Source: a virus. Taken from it: a stretch of 64,000 nt of DNA. The stretch covers positions 64,001 through 128,000 of IMG/VR virus record IMGVR_UViG_3300020203_000008; one strand, written 5' to 3'. The notes under the pieces are model-generated. The model made no database searches and had not been told where the DNA came from. It saw nothing but the letters and a program-made list of their open reading frames with translations. Shown piece after piece: positions 27,646 to 37,356 of this stretch. The number at the start of each line of letters is the position of its first letter. The stretch's first letter is position 1. The translations under genes and the position numbers were made by a program.

Positions 27646-28497
27646 ATGCAAGTGATGGATATGCTGGGGCGCATTAGTGCCTCAAAAATGAGTACCTTCA
27701 TGACCTGTCCTTTGCAGGCTAAATTCCAGTACCTGGACAAGCTTCCGAGGAAGCAGCATGCTTCGGCATCGTTCGGTACCTGTGTCCATCATGCTTTGGA
27801 TTTCTATAATAATACCGGGGACCTTAATAGGTCCGTAAACGAATTCCTCGATGTTTGGGAGAATCCCGAGAAACTAGGGGTGACTCCAGAGACCTGGCCT
27901 AAGGGTGGGACCTACGGCGGGATGCGTCAGCGTGGAATTGAGATGCTTCGTGGTTACCACGACGGTCTGAAGTGGGACACCAGAGAAGTCCTTGCCACTG
28001 AACACAAGTTTCTGGTCCCGCTGGGAGAGTTTGAAGTCACCGGATTCGTAGACCTCCTTGAGCTACGCAAGAATAAGCGTGGCAAGTCTGAGATCCGAGT
28101 CGTTGATTATAAAACGAATAAGAAGCAACCATTCCTGAATTCGTTGCATCTTAATATTCAGTTCACCACCTATGCTTATGCAGCCGAGCAACCTGAGTTT
28201 TGGTTAGGTAACGGTCCCGATTTTCCAGCCATGGAGAACGGGGCCTACTACTGGGAGATGTATAAGGACCTGCCGCGTCGTCCTATCTGGTATCAGCTAG
28301 AAACCCAGAAGGAGATGGACGCCGGGCTCCGAGACGACCAGGATTACATGCGTCTTTACCGGGTCTGCAAAGAGATGGCGAAGGCCGTGAAGTACGACGT
28401 GTTCATCCCTCAGATTAGTGGGGACTCCTGCGTGTTCTGTCCCTACACCGAGCCTTGTGGCATCCCGATTCCAGTTCCAGAGGAGGAAGATGAATAA
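27646..28497 (+). CDS. PD-(D/E)xK RecB/Cas4-like exonuclease
   Basis: ISAS..TCP, GTCVHHAL, GFVD..VVDYKT, Q...Y and C-terminal CxxCxxxxxC. Confidence 0.85.
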   Translation: MQVMDMLGRISASKMSTFMTCPLQAKFQYLDKLPRKQHASASFGTCVHHALDFYNNTGDLNRSVNEFLDVWENPEKLGVTPETWPKGGTYGGMRQRGIEMLRGYHDGLKWDTREVLATEHKFLVPLGEFEVTGFVDLLELRKNKRGKSEIRVVDYKTNKKQPFLNSLHLNIQFTTYAYAAEQPEFWLGNGPDFPAMENGAYYWEMYKDLPRRPIWYQLETQKEMDAGLRDDQDYMRLYRVCKEMAKAVKYDVFIPQISGDSCVFCPYTEPCGIPIPVPEEEDE

Positions 28498-28705
28498 TAA
28501 TCTGCCCAATTTCATGAGGACAGAGCATGCCCTTAATGAGAGGGGTACTCGTGCTGATGTGAAAATTGCTGTTTGCTCATCGTGTGGAACGTATGGGCTT
28601 GTTGACACGGAGAACATTAAATGTGCTTGTGAACATAATCATCCACTAGCTCAGCGAGACTACGGTTGTCGTCTCGGATACTGCAAAAGGAATGGTAGTA
28701 AATGA
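28490..28705 (+). CDS. small Cys-rich protein
   Basis: CSSC, CACEH and GCRLGYC; coupled to neighbours. Confidence 0.55.
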   Translation: MNNNLPNFMRTEHALNERGTRADVKIAVCSSCGTYGLVDTENIKCACEHNHPLAQRDYGCRLGYCKRNGSK

Positions 28706-29685
28706 CACTTAAGACGAAGTGGACCGGCTCCTCCGAGTACGGCCGATACATTAAGATGCTGCTTGTTGGTGATCCCGGTTCCGGGAAGACCCTTACTAGC
28801 TCTACCTTCCCCGGCGTTTACATCGCGTCGGCTGAAGGTGGTCTGATGTCGATTCACGAGAAGAACCTGCCTCATGCTGAGATCACTACGAGCGAGGATC
28901 TTTTCGAACTAAAGAACATCCTCACCAAGTCTTCTGATGTCCGTAAGTCTGAGCTTGGGGTGGATCCGCAGACTGTAGTGATCGACACCATCGATGAGGT
29001 CCAGGGAATTCTCATTCGTGAGCGGATTGAGTCCGAAAAGTTGAGTGCCATGCGGATCCAGGATTTCGGTTGGCTTAATGAGCAGATGCAAAGCATTATC
29101 CGTGGGTTCCGTAACCTTGACCTTAATGTGGTATTTACCTGTCACGTCAAGGAAACTCGCGATGATGAGCTGGGACGCATTGTATACAAGCCCGGTTTAC
29201 AAGGCGCGATCGGAGACAAGATTGCTGGCTTCGTAGACATCTCCGGCATCTTGCAAGGTAAGACACTTACGAAGATTGTGGGCAACGAGACCAAGCAAAT
29301 TATCCAGCGAACGTTCAAGACTTTCCCGGACCCGCAGTACCCTTGGTTGAAGGATAGAAGCGGCAAACTCCCCGGCGATTTCTCGATTAATTTCGTGGAT
29401 GACTATGCTAGGATGCACAAGCTAATCTACGGAGATTCACCGATTGTGGATAACCCCGCTCTGTCTCCGATAGAAGTGATTGGTGTGATTGGAGAGCCGG
29501 AGAAAGTGGAGCCGGAAGTAAAAGAACCTGAGCCCGAAGAGGTCGAACAGGCCACTGATGGCAAGTACGAATGCTATAACTGTGGTGCTAATTTCGATGA
29601 TGAAGACCAGGCTGAACTAAGCAAGATCAGACTTCGCAAGCTGGCATGTGCTACTTGCTACGCCGAACTTAAGAGGAAGAAGTAA
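28702..29685 (+). CDS. Sak4/AAA_24-like recombination ATPase with C-terminal Zn finger
   Basis: Walker A GDPGSGKT, VVIDT, VFTCH and KDRSG; CYNC...CATC at the C-terminus. Confidence 0.8.
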   Translation: MTLKTKWTGSSEYGRYIKMLLVGDPGSGKTLTSSTFPGVYIASAEGGLMSIHEKNLPHAEITTSEDLFELKNILTKSSDVRKSELGVDPQTVVIDTIDEVQGILIRERIESEKLSAMRIQDFGWLNEQMQSIIRGFRNLDLNVVFTCHVKETRDDELGRIVYKPGLQGAIGDKIAGFVDISGILQGKTLTKIVGNETKQIIQRTFKTFPDPQYPWLKDRSGKLPGDFSINFVDDYARMHKLIYGDSPIVDNPALSPIEVIGVIGEPEKVEPEVKEPEPEEVEQATDGKYECYNCGANFDDEDQAELSKIRLRKLACATCYAELKRKK

Positions 29686-29687
29686 AA

Positions 29688-30191
29688 ATGACAATTCCCG
29701 TTGATGATGGTTTTACTCTGGTTGAAACTGTTCCCCCTGAGGAGGGTGAGAAGAAGGAATTCGATATCATCCCAGACGACACCATTTTGGGTGCAGTCGT
29801 TGTTAAGTCTGAGAAGGCCGTTAAGCCCTACAAGGATGACGACGGTAATCCTATAATTAAGGTTGAGTTCTCATTCAAGGTTACGGACGAGGGCGAGTAC
29901 CGCAACCGTCGCGTCTGGGGCGAGACGCCAACTACCTTCACGACGCATCCGGATTGCAAGCTTCGGGCATGGGTCCAGGAAGCTTTGGCTGTTGCTGAGC
30001 TACCGAAGGATTTCACTTTCAACCTTGCCGACCTTAATGACCAGCCGGTACGTGTGGTTGTAGGTGTGCGTTCTTGGACAGATAAGAGCACCGGCAATTT
30101 GCAGGAACGCAACTACGTCAAGGACGTGATTCGCGATCGCGACCATGCTGAGGCTGTTGCGTCTGCTGTGCCCGAGGAAGAGCCCTTCTAA
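29688..30191 (+). CDS. ssDNA-binding protein (DUF669-like)
   Basis: Follows the Sak4-like gene; GEYRNRRVW motif and acidic C-tail ending EEEPF. Confidence 0.7.
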   Translation: MTIPVDDGFTLVETVPPEEGEKKEFDIIPDDTILGAVVVKSEKAVKPYKDDDGNPIIKVEFSFKVTDEGEYRNRRVWGETPTTFTTHPDCKLRAWVQEALAVAELPKDFTFNLADLNDQPVRVVVGVRSWTDKSTGNLQERNYVKDVIRDRDHAEAVASAVPEEEPF

Positions 30192-30193
30192 TC

Positions 30194-30679
30194 ATGGGCA
30201 CGACAATTGAGCAGGTAATGGAGATAGCCTTAGAAGTGGCTACCCAGAGTCCTGATCCCTCAACGCAGAACGGTGCTGTCATCATCTCGGAAAAGCGGGG
30301 TGTGATGGTCCATGACTGCAACCGTTTCCCGGATGGTGTCCAATACTCAGATGAACGTTGGGAACGCCCAGCGAAATATGAGTATGTGGAACATGCGGAA
30401 CGCGGATCTGTGTTTAAGGCAGCCAGATTAGGTATTCCAACAAATAATGCAGTGATGGTTGCGGTATGGGCTGCCTGCTCAGACTGTGCCAGGGCTATTG
30501 TACAGTCGGGCATTAAGACACTTGTCCGGGGTCCTAACGGTGGGGCAGCCCATTGGGATGGTTCAATTTCCATTGGTGACACCATCCTATTGGAGGGCGG
30601 AGTCAACATCGTGGACTTGGATCTCTCGGATTTCAAAATCCCCACCCTGAGAAGGAATGGGGAGGTGTGGATCCCATGA
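30194..30679 (+). CDS. dCMP deaminase
   Basis: SPDPSTQNGAVI, HAE and CSDC motifs. Confidence 0.85.
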   Translation: MGTTIEQVMEIALEVATQSPDPSTQNGAVIISEKRGVMVHDCNRFPDGVQYSDERWERPAKYEYVEHAERGSVFKAARLGIPTNNAVMVAVWAACSDCARAIVQSGIKTLVRGPNGGAAHWDGSISIGDTILLEGGVNIVDLDLSDFKIPTLRRNGEVWIP

Positions 30680-30882
30680 TTCATGCAGTTCATCTTAATG
30701 ACGATCAGACAAATTACCTTCATGCCGATGACTTCTACTGCGAGTATGGACTGATTACTTTCGTCCGATATGAAACCGAACCTATCGATTTTCAGACAGT
30801 AGCCTCATGGCCAGTAGATCTAGTGGAATGGATAGCGGTAGACCCTGATGGCAGAGGACGTATTAGCCTATCTACACTCTAA
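30676..30882 (+). CDS. hypothetical protein
   Basis: ATGA-coupled to the deaminase stop. Confidence 0.5.
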   Translation: MIHAVHLNDDQTNYLHADDFYCEYGLITFVRYETEPIDFQTVASWPVDLVEWIAVDPDGRGRISLSTL

Positions 30883-32776
30883 AGGTGTCGAAACTAAGCA
30901 AGCTACTGGTCCTAATGTTCATACAGCTTGCTGGTATTGCGGCGAGAGCCCAGGTAAGCGAGGTCGTTTATATATCAATGTAGATCCTAATGCGGAACCT
31001 CCAGGTTTGTTCACCTGTTTTCTGTGTGGTCGTCGTGGGGGCCTGAATGCCATCAAAAAGCATTTCGGGGATCCCATTACCGACTCTAAGGTCGAACGGT
31101 TCTCAGAGGTCCACAGGGTCCGTCAGGCAGCGGCTGTTTATTACCACGCGAATCTCGCTGAGCACCCTGAGATAGTCCAATATTTACAGACTGATCGTGG
31201 TCTTACCGAAGAGACCATTAAGAAGCATCAATTAGGGTATGCAGACGGCGGACTACTTGAATTCCTGTTAGAGAAGAAGTACGACCTGGACGACATCAAG
31301 GGCACCGCGCTGGTTCAGGAACGTAACGGGAAACTTGTGGACTTCCTGGACGACGCCATCACGATTCCGTACATCGCGTCGGGGTCGGTGGTGAATATCC
31401 GTGGTCGAAAGATGTCCGGTGAGACCAAATACCTAACTCCACCGAAGTCAACGACCAGGCTGTTTAACACTGACGCGCTGTTCCAGGCAGACCAAATCGT
31501 CGTTACCGAAGGGGAGTTCGATGCCCTGCTTCTGGAGCAGATGGGGTACGCCGCGGTCGGTTGTCCGGGAGCGAATGTCTGGCAGGACTCGTTCACCCAG
31601 TACACGGCCTCCGCTAAGCGGGTTTACATAGTTTTTGACAACGACTCGTCAGGTCGAGCTGGGCTGGAAAAAATCCAGGAGCAGATCGGCCATCGGGCTA
31701 GGGGAACTACTGTTCCTCCGCTTCACGGTCCAGAGGACCACAACGACATTAGTGATTGGATCCTTCAGCAAGGCCACACGCAACAGGACTTTGAGAATCT
31801 GCTGGCCCGTACTTCAGGTGGGTTGCTGCTGACGGTAGATGATGCGATCCGTGAGTTCTCCGAGCTTCAGGGTCGAGAAGGAATCAAGTTTGGGCACGAG
31901 CTTCTTGATGTGATGATCAAGCCGGGGTTGCTGCCATCGCAGGTAATGGTGATTTTGGCGAAGACTGGCACGGGAAAAACTTTGCACCTTTTAAATACGT
32001 TCCAGTCCATGGCTATGGAGAAGCCTGACATCAAAATTTTGTTCTGTTCGTTGGAGCAGACTCGTGGAGACTGGTTCGAGCGAGCACGAAGGATTCATGG
32101 GTTTCATAACCTCGATTTGGCACCGGACTTCGAGAAGCCTGGAGATCAGTTCTACGAGCGGCTTCATGGGGCCACCTTGGATTTCTGGCGGAACAACCTC
32201 CTCATGGTGGATAAGAACAGAATGACCGAAGAGGATCTTGTGTCCTGCATCGAGGAGTATGAGGAGTACATGGGTGCCCGCCCAGATGTGGTGGCAATCG
32301 ATTACCTCGGATACTGGGCGAGTTCCTTCAAGGGGAAAGACAAGTACGAGAAAGTCACAGATGCGGTGATGGCTCTTAAGGCTGTCGCTAAGGAATACCA
32401 GGTTCCGATCATTGCCCCGCATCAGGTGAACCGTGGGGCTGACTTTGGGTCAGAGTTTCAAGCTGACTCAGCTAGAGATTCGGGTGCCGTTGAAGAGACT
32501 GGTGACTTTGTGTTTGGTCTCTGGTCTCCTGATTCCCAGAAAGGTAAGAAGACAGAGGAACGCACGGGTCGTGTCCATCTTAAGATCCTGAAGTCACGAC
32601 ATGGTGGCAAGGGAACAGAGATTGAGTACCAATTTGCTCCCTTAACGCTTGCAATGGTGCCGATCACGAGCATGGCCCATCGAGAAGCCCGCCATGAGTT
32701 GGAGTATCAACTGCGGAAAGACTCATGGGAGCAGGCGCTGTGGCGGCACAAGACAGGAATGCGAACCTCGCCTTGA
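30848..32776 (+). CDS. DNA primase-helicase (Zn finger-TOPRIM-DnaB-like)
   Basis: CWYC/CFLC; EGEFD and FDND TOPRIM motifs; AKTGTGKT, SLE, IDYL and QVNR helicase motifs. Confidence 0.92.
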   Translation: MAEDVLAYLHSKGVETKQATGPNVHTACWYCGESPGKRGRLYINVDPNAEPPGLFTCFLCGRRGGLNAIKKHFGDPITDSKVERFSEVHRVRQAAAVYYHANLAEHPEIVQYLQTDRGLTEETIKKHQLGYADGGLLEFLLEKKYDLDDIKGTALVQERNGKLVDFLDDAITIPYIASGSVVNIRGRKMSGETKYLTPPKSTTRLFNTDALFQADQIVVTEGEFDALLLEQMGYAAVGCPGANVWQDSFTQYTASAKRVYIVFDNDSSGRAGLEKIQEQIGHRARGTTVPPLHGPEDHNDISDWILQQGHTQQDFENLLARTSGGLLLTVDDAIREFSELQGREGIKFGHELLDVMIKPGLLPSQVMVILAKTGTGKTLHLLNTFQSMAMEKPDIKILFCSLEQTRGDWFERARRIHGFHNLDLAPDFEKPGDQFYERLHGATLDFWRNNLLMVDKNRMTEEDLVSCIEEYEEYMGARPDVVAIDYLGYWASSFKGKDKYEKVTDAVMALKAVAKEYQVPIIAPHQVNRGADFGSEFQADSARDSGAVEETGDFVFGLWSPDSQKGKKTEERTGRVHLKILKSRHGGKGTEIEYQFAPLTLAMVPITSMAHREARHELEYQLRKDSWEQALWRHKTGMRTSP

Positions 32777-32921
32777 GGCGTACTAACAAAAGATACGGTC
32801 ATTCAATTTTCCCGGTCATATCAGGAGTTTCGAGAAGCGTAGGGAAACAAAATGGAGATTCAAAGATAACTGTGTAGGTCCTCGAAGCCGATGTTAACCA
32901 TTACCTTCTAGTGAGGCAATC

Positions 32922-33521
32922 ATGAAAGACGTTCTTGCGGCAACGGCATGGACGAGCAATGCCGACCTGATAGCCGACTGTGCTCGACTGAACTATCTCC
33001 AGAAAGATTGGGTCACCCTCGATCCAACTTACGGCAAGGGAAATTGGTGGACTGTGTGGCGACCGGACACTCTTATCGAGCACGACATTAAGATTGATGG
33101 AGTGGATTTTCGGAACCTGCCCTATGGGGATGGGCACTTCGATGCGGTGGCTTTTGATCCGCCATTCGTTTCGGTGGGTGGTCGTTCCACTACTGGGATA
33201 CCGAAAATGCATCAAGCCTATGGAATGGATAGAGCCCCTATCTCTCCGAAGGGTGTGCAGAAGCTCATAAACCTTGGGCTAGGTGAGGCTCACAGGGTTG
33301 TGAAGCCTAAAGGAATTGTGCTCTGTAAAGTCCAGGATTATATTTCATCAGGCAAGCTATGGCTTGGTACGCATTACACGTTGTCCACGGCATTAGAATT
33401 GTCGTTTGAACCAATCGATCGGTTGGAGTATATCTCCGGCGTTCGTCCGCAACCTTCAGGGAGAAGGCAGGTTCATGCAAGAAGGAATCTATCGACTCTG
33501 TTTGTCCTAAGGAAGAAGTGA
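32922..33521 (+). CDS. SAM-dependent (DNA amino-) methyltransferase
   Basis: LDPTYGKG motif I; DFRNLPYGDGHFDAVAFDPPF; RVVKPKG. Confidence 0.7.
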   Translation: MKDVLAATAWTSNADLIADCARLNYLQKDWVTLDPTYGKGNWWTVWRPDTLIEHDIKIDGVDFRNLPYGDGHFDAVAFDPPFVSVGGRSTTGIPKMHQAYGMDRAPISPKGVQKLINLGLGEAHRVVKPKGIVLCKVQDYISSGKLWLGTHYTLSTALELSFEPIDRLEYISGVRPQPSGRRQVHARRNLSTLFVLRKK

Positions 33522-33959
33522 ATGGGATTCGTAGACACGCTAAATGCAGCCGAGGTAGATACCCCTGAGGCTTTTGCGAGGTATGTTCAAGAGACAACTG
33601 GGACTCCTTATCCCAGAGGAAAAGATATAGCAATCCTCAAGAGGGAGTTGAAGGACTTCTTCAAGCAATATCCGCACCTTAATTACATGACACTGGTTCG
33701 CACGGTGGACTGGTGTCGATCAAAGAAGCGCAGATTTGCTCACGTCTATCAGGTTGTTGGTCAGTACCGATATGCCTGGCAGGCTGGTGCTATTCCAGAG
33801 TTTGCTGACCGTCCTAATGGTGATGAAATTCTTAATGGTCAGATTGAGAAAGCACTTGAGATAGAGCGTGATCCTGATTGGCGTTTCCGTCTGATCGGAG
33901 CCGAGGGGGATAAGGCGCGGCGGGAGGTGTTCTTGGCGTGGCAGATCAAGGTGTCGTAA
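33522..33959 (+). CDS. hypothetical protein
   Basis: 145-aa ORF within the operon. Confidence 0.65.
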   Translation: MGFVDTLNAAEVDTPEAFARYVQETTGTPYPRGKDIAILKRELKDFFKQYPHLNYMTLVRTVDWCRSKKRRFAHVYQVVGQYRYAWQAGAIPEFADRPNGDEILNGQIEKALEIERDPDWRFRLIGAEGDKARREVFLAWQIKVS

Positions 33960-34111
33960 TCAAATTTCCGTTGGAGATTCAGGTGAAGTCTTGCCTTAAT
34001 TGTCAGAACGTATTAATGGGTGTCCGTGGGCTGTTTTGCTGGGAGTTACGCGAAGAGATCGTGGACGACGAGATAGCGGACCAGTGCGATTGGTATGAAA
34101 ATGATTCTTAA
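33938..34111 (+). CDS. small 4-Cys protein (57 aa, not in ORF track)
   Basis: GTG start with GGAGG RBS; CLNC...C...C pattern. Confidence 0.5.
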   Translation: MADQGVVIKFPLEIQVKSCLNCQNVLMGVRGLFCWELREEIVDDEIADQCDWYENDS

Positions 34112-34185
34112 TTTTATTTGTCGGCTCTTCGGATGGAAGCACGTCACTCGTGCCCTTAACGAAGCATTCAGTTTAAAGGAAGACA

Positions 34186-36126
34186 GTGTTTCTACGTCAG
34201 ACGTTTCTAGATGAATTCAAAGACAAGGAAGTCAATTGGGGATTTTCTTCGGGGCCTAATTCCCTGGGGGAAGTCACGTACCGTCGTACCTACAGTCGTG
34301 ACGGTGAACAGTGGTGGGAGACGGTCCAACGTGTAGTTGAGGGCGTCTACTCGATCATTGGCGATCATTGTGAACGCTACTCCCTTCCTTTGGATCGGGA
34401 ACTTGCGACAGAAGACGCAGAGACAATGTACCGCCTGATTTTTGACTTCAAGTTTCTGCCTCCGGGCCGGGGCCTCTGGATGATGGGGACTGATTACGTT
34501 CGAACAAGAGGCGGGGCTGCACTCAACAACTGCGCGTTTGTGAGCACAGAGAAGATCGACGTGGAGTTCGATCGGCCGTTCCGATTCCTCATGGACATGA
34601 GCATGCTTGGTGCTGGTGTTGGTTTTGATACTCGTGGCGCTGGGAAGCTGGTGTGGTGTCCTTCAAACGGTAACGTAATCGATGTTCAGGTGGAGGATTC
34701 GAGGGAAGGCTGGGTGGACTCGTTGAGTTCGCTATTGAAGTGGGCGTGGGGTGCTGGTGCTCAGCCGGTCTTCGATTACTCGCTGATCCGACCCAGAGGA
34801 ACGAAGATTAAGGGATTCGGAGGAGTCTCCGAGGGCCCAGATCCGCTGATCAAGCTGCATCAATCTCTGTTCAAAATGATCCGAGACCGTGATGGAGAGA
34901 AGGTAACGAGCCGAGACATCACCGACATCTTCAACTTGATCGGTGTCTGTGTTGTATCAGGGAATGTCCGTCGTTCGGCTGAAATTGCGTTTGGTGAGCC
35001 GGGTGACGAGGAGTTCTTGAACCTCAAGAACTACGACCTTAATCCTGAGCGTGCCGAGTTTGGGTGGTCCTCCAACAACAGTGTGTTCGCTGAGGTTGGC
35101 ATGGATTATCATGTCTTCACCGACAGGATCGTGAGCAACGGTGAACCTGGATTTGCTTGGCTCTCGAACATGCAAGCCTACGGAAGGATGGTTGATCCAC
35201 CGAACAACAAGGACTGGAGAGTTCGTGGAGGTAATCCATGTTTGGAGCAGTCACTCGAACCATACGAGATGTGCTGCTTGGTGGAGACCTTCCCTTACCA
35301 TCACGAAACAGTCGAGGAATATCAGCGCACACTAAAGTATGCCTACATCTACGCTAAGGCTGTGACGTTGTTGGCTACGCATTGGGAGCAGACCAATGCG
35401 GTGATGCTGAGGAACCGTCGAATCGGTACTTCGATGAGTGGCATCACCCAGTTCCTCGCTTACCGCGGGGAGAAGGAATTGGTTAAATGGTGTGAGTTAG
35501 GTTACGAGACAGTTCAACACTATGACCGTGTGTATTCCGAATGGCTTTGCATCAGAGAATCAGTTAAGACAACGAGTGTTAAGCCATCCGGTACGGTGAG
35601 CCTGCTTGCTGGAGCAACACCGGGTTGCCACTTCCCCACCTTCCGTTACTACCTGCGAAGGATCCGATTCTCCGACACGCATCCGGATGTTGAAGCTTTC
35701 CGGGAAGCAGGTTATAATGTTGAGGTTGCTGTTAATGAACCGAACACTGTTGTTGTCGAATTCCCCGTTGAGGGCGATAGCAGAGTTAAGACTGAACGGC
35801 AGGTATCCTTGGCAGAAAAGATGAGGATTGCTACACTTCTTCAGAAGCACTGGGCTGACAATCAAGTATCATGTACAGCCACGTTCGATCCTGAGAGGGA
35901 AGGCCATCTAATACCTGATCTGCTAATGGCATACGATTCTCGTCTCAAGGGAATCTCATTCCTACCCCTTTATGAGGCTGGAGCTTTCCCTCAAATGCCA
36001 TATGAGTCGATCACCCCGAAGCAATACGAGAAGCTAACGAAGGATCTGAAACCAATTGTCTGGCCGCAAGAGAGTGCTCATGACACCGAAGACAGATTCT
36101 GCGACGGCCCAACGTGCTCACTTTAG
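34186..36126 (+). CDS. nrdJ: class II (B12-dependent) ribonucleotide reductase
   Basis: RTYSR, PPGRGLW, NNCAF, GNVRRSA, NPCLEQ, VKPSGTVS and C-terminal CDGPTC. Confidence 0.92.
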   Translation: MFLRQTFLDEFKDKEVNWGFSSGPNSLGEVTYRRTYSRDGEQWWETVQRVVEGVYSIIGDHCERYSLPLDRELATEDAETMYRLIFDFKFLPPGRGLWMMGTDYVRTRGGAALNNCAFVSTEKIDVEFDRPFRFLMDMSMLGAGVGFDTRGAGKLVWCPSNGNVIDVQVEDSREGWVDSLSSLLKWAWGAGAQPVFDYSLIRPRGTKIKGFGGVSEGPDPLIKLHQSLFKMIRDRDGEKVTSRDITDIFNLIGVCVVSGNVRRSAEIAFGEPGDEEFLNLKNYDLNPERAEFGWSSNNSVFAEVGMDYHVFTDRIVSNGEPGFAWLSNMQAYGRMVDPPNNKDWRVRGGNPCLEQSLEPYEMCCLVETFPYHHETVEEYQRTLKYAYIYAKAVTLLATHWEQTNAVMLRNRRIGTSMSGITQFLAYRGEKELVKWCELGYETVQHYDRVYSEWLCIRESVKTTSVKPSGTVSLLAGATPGCHFPTFRYYLRRIRFSDTHPDVEAFREAGYNVEVAVNEPNTVVVEFPVEGDSRVKTERQVSLAEKMRIATLLQKHWADNQVSCTATFDPEREGHLIPDLLMAYDSRLKGISFLPLYEAGAFPQMPYESITPKQYEKLTKDLKPIVWPQESAHDTEDRFCDGPTCSL

Positions 36127-36463
36127 AAAAAGCGACACGCTCGAATACGAGGGCGTAACTTACTCGAAGGGTGACACCATTGAGATTACGGGCCTAGGGA
36201 AGATGTCTTTCCGTGACCACACCGTCAATGAGAAGACTGAATCTGAATGGGTGTCCGTCTTCCAGCATAACCACGGGTCGAGGTCTTTCCATCTCGACAG
36301 AATCAAGACTTCGAAGAAGAAGACACCAACACGGGCCGCCAGCTCAAACAGCCAAACAGAAGTTTTGTGCTTAGAACACAAGACATACGGTGCGATTAGG
36401 AAGCCGCGTACGGATTGTGTCCGCTGCTGGGCTGCCTACGAGAACAGGAAAGTGGCCAAATGA
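36080..36463 (+). CDS. hypothetical protein (SH3-like + C-terminal CxxH/CxxC)
   Basis: KGDTIEITG motif; CLEH...CVRC. Start is uncertain. Confidence 0.55.
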   Translation: MTPKTDSATAQRAHFRKSDTLEYEGVTYSKGDTIEITGLGKMSFRDHTVNEKTESEWVSVFQHNHGSRSFHLDRIKTSKKKTPTRAASSNSQTEVLCLEHKTYGAIRKPRTDCVRCWAAYENRKVAK

Positions 36464-36478
36464 GCAGAAAGATGGACA

Positions 36479-37105
36479 TTGAGACAATTTGATGGTGAAA
36501 CAGTCGAGGAGTACACGGCTCGTTTCAGTGGGACGTTCGATATCGAGCCAGTAGATGGCGAAACGATCCATCGCGATGATGAAATTATGGTGGTGGTGAT
36601 CGCACGAACCAAAGAGCTTGGCGTCAAGGACACTAGAAGTGGTAATACTCGACTTCAATTTGTGTTCAGTCCTAATGAGGTCAGACTCGTGTCTAAGCCG
36701 GAACTTCAGAGGACTCTGCTTCATCAACTGGGTTTCAAGGAGGAGCAGGGATTCCCTGCCATGGATGATCCAGAATTTGGGGATAAGTTACGAACGATGC
36801 TTGATGAGGGCGAACTAGGACAAGCTGGACCGCGCAGCACCGCGCCTGATAGCTCAATCGAAGTTGACGATCTGGAGGTGAGGAAGTTGCAGGAGGTGTG
36901 GTTGGCACATCGGCCGTCAACAACCGTTGATGAAGCCGAGCAGCTCATCGAGGACGAGGCGTTCCGTGCTCGTGTCGAGGAGTCTCACGCTCAGCCAGCG
37001 GAAATCGACACTTCCGATCTTCAGCCTATAGAAGGAACTCCAGTTACGGTACCTTCAGGTCCCCGAAAAGACCAGGTTCTCGCACGATTTCTGAATGAGG
37101 CATGA
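36479..37105 (+). CDS. hypothetical acidic protein
   Basis: 208-aa ORF within the operon. Confidence 0.6.
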   Translation: MRQFDGETVEEYTARFSGTFDIEPVDGETIHRDDEIMVVVIARTKELGVKDTRSGNTRLQFVFSPNEVRLVSKPELQRTLLHQLGFKEEQGFPAMDDPEFGDKLRTMLDEGELGQAGPRSTAPDSSIEVDDLEVRKLQEVWLAHRPSTTVDEAEQLIEDEAFRARVEESHAQPAEIDTSDLQPIEGTPVTVPSGPRKDQVLARFLNEA

Positions 37106-37356
37106 TGATTCCAGATGGGACGCAAGACGTAGAGATTTTGAGCATCGGATTTCGCGATGACTTTGTTGAGATCACCTTCGCTGAAGCACGAGACCAGAAT
37201 CAGAACACAAGTTTGATTAAGGTCTTGAACTTCGCTAAAGGTTCAGTCGGCCCCGAAGTGGATGAGATGCTCTCAGACATCGTAGATATCGTAGACATCG
37301 TGCTCGACAAGCTTCGCAATATCCCCGAGCGCATTTCTGGTAGGAGAACAAATTGA
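37102..37356 (+). CDS. hypothetical protein
   Basis: Coupled on both sides. Confidence 0.6.
   Translation: MMIPDGTQDVEILSIGFRDDFVEITFAEARDQNQNTSLIKVLNFAKGSVGPEVDEMLSDIVDIVDIVLDKLRNIPERISGRRTN

Noticed and set aside
27646-28497. Cas4/CRISPR system
   Set aside because: No repeat-spacer array or other cas genes seen; the nuclease-Sak4-SSB context indicates a phage recombination module.
34112-34185. Possible cobalamin riboswitch before the class II RNR
   Set aside because: Only ~75 nt with a small hairpin (GCACG-TCACT-CGTGC); too short and lacks a recognisable B12 box.
30848-36126. Inteins or introns in the helicase or RNR
   Set aside because: Both are of normal length with contiguous motifs; no C...HN splice signatures.
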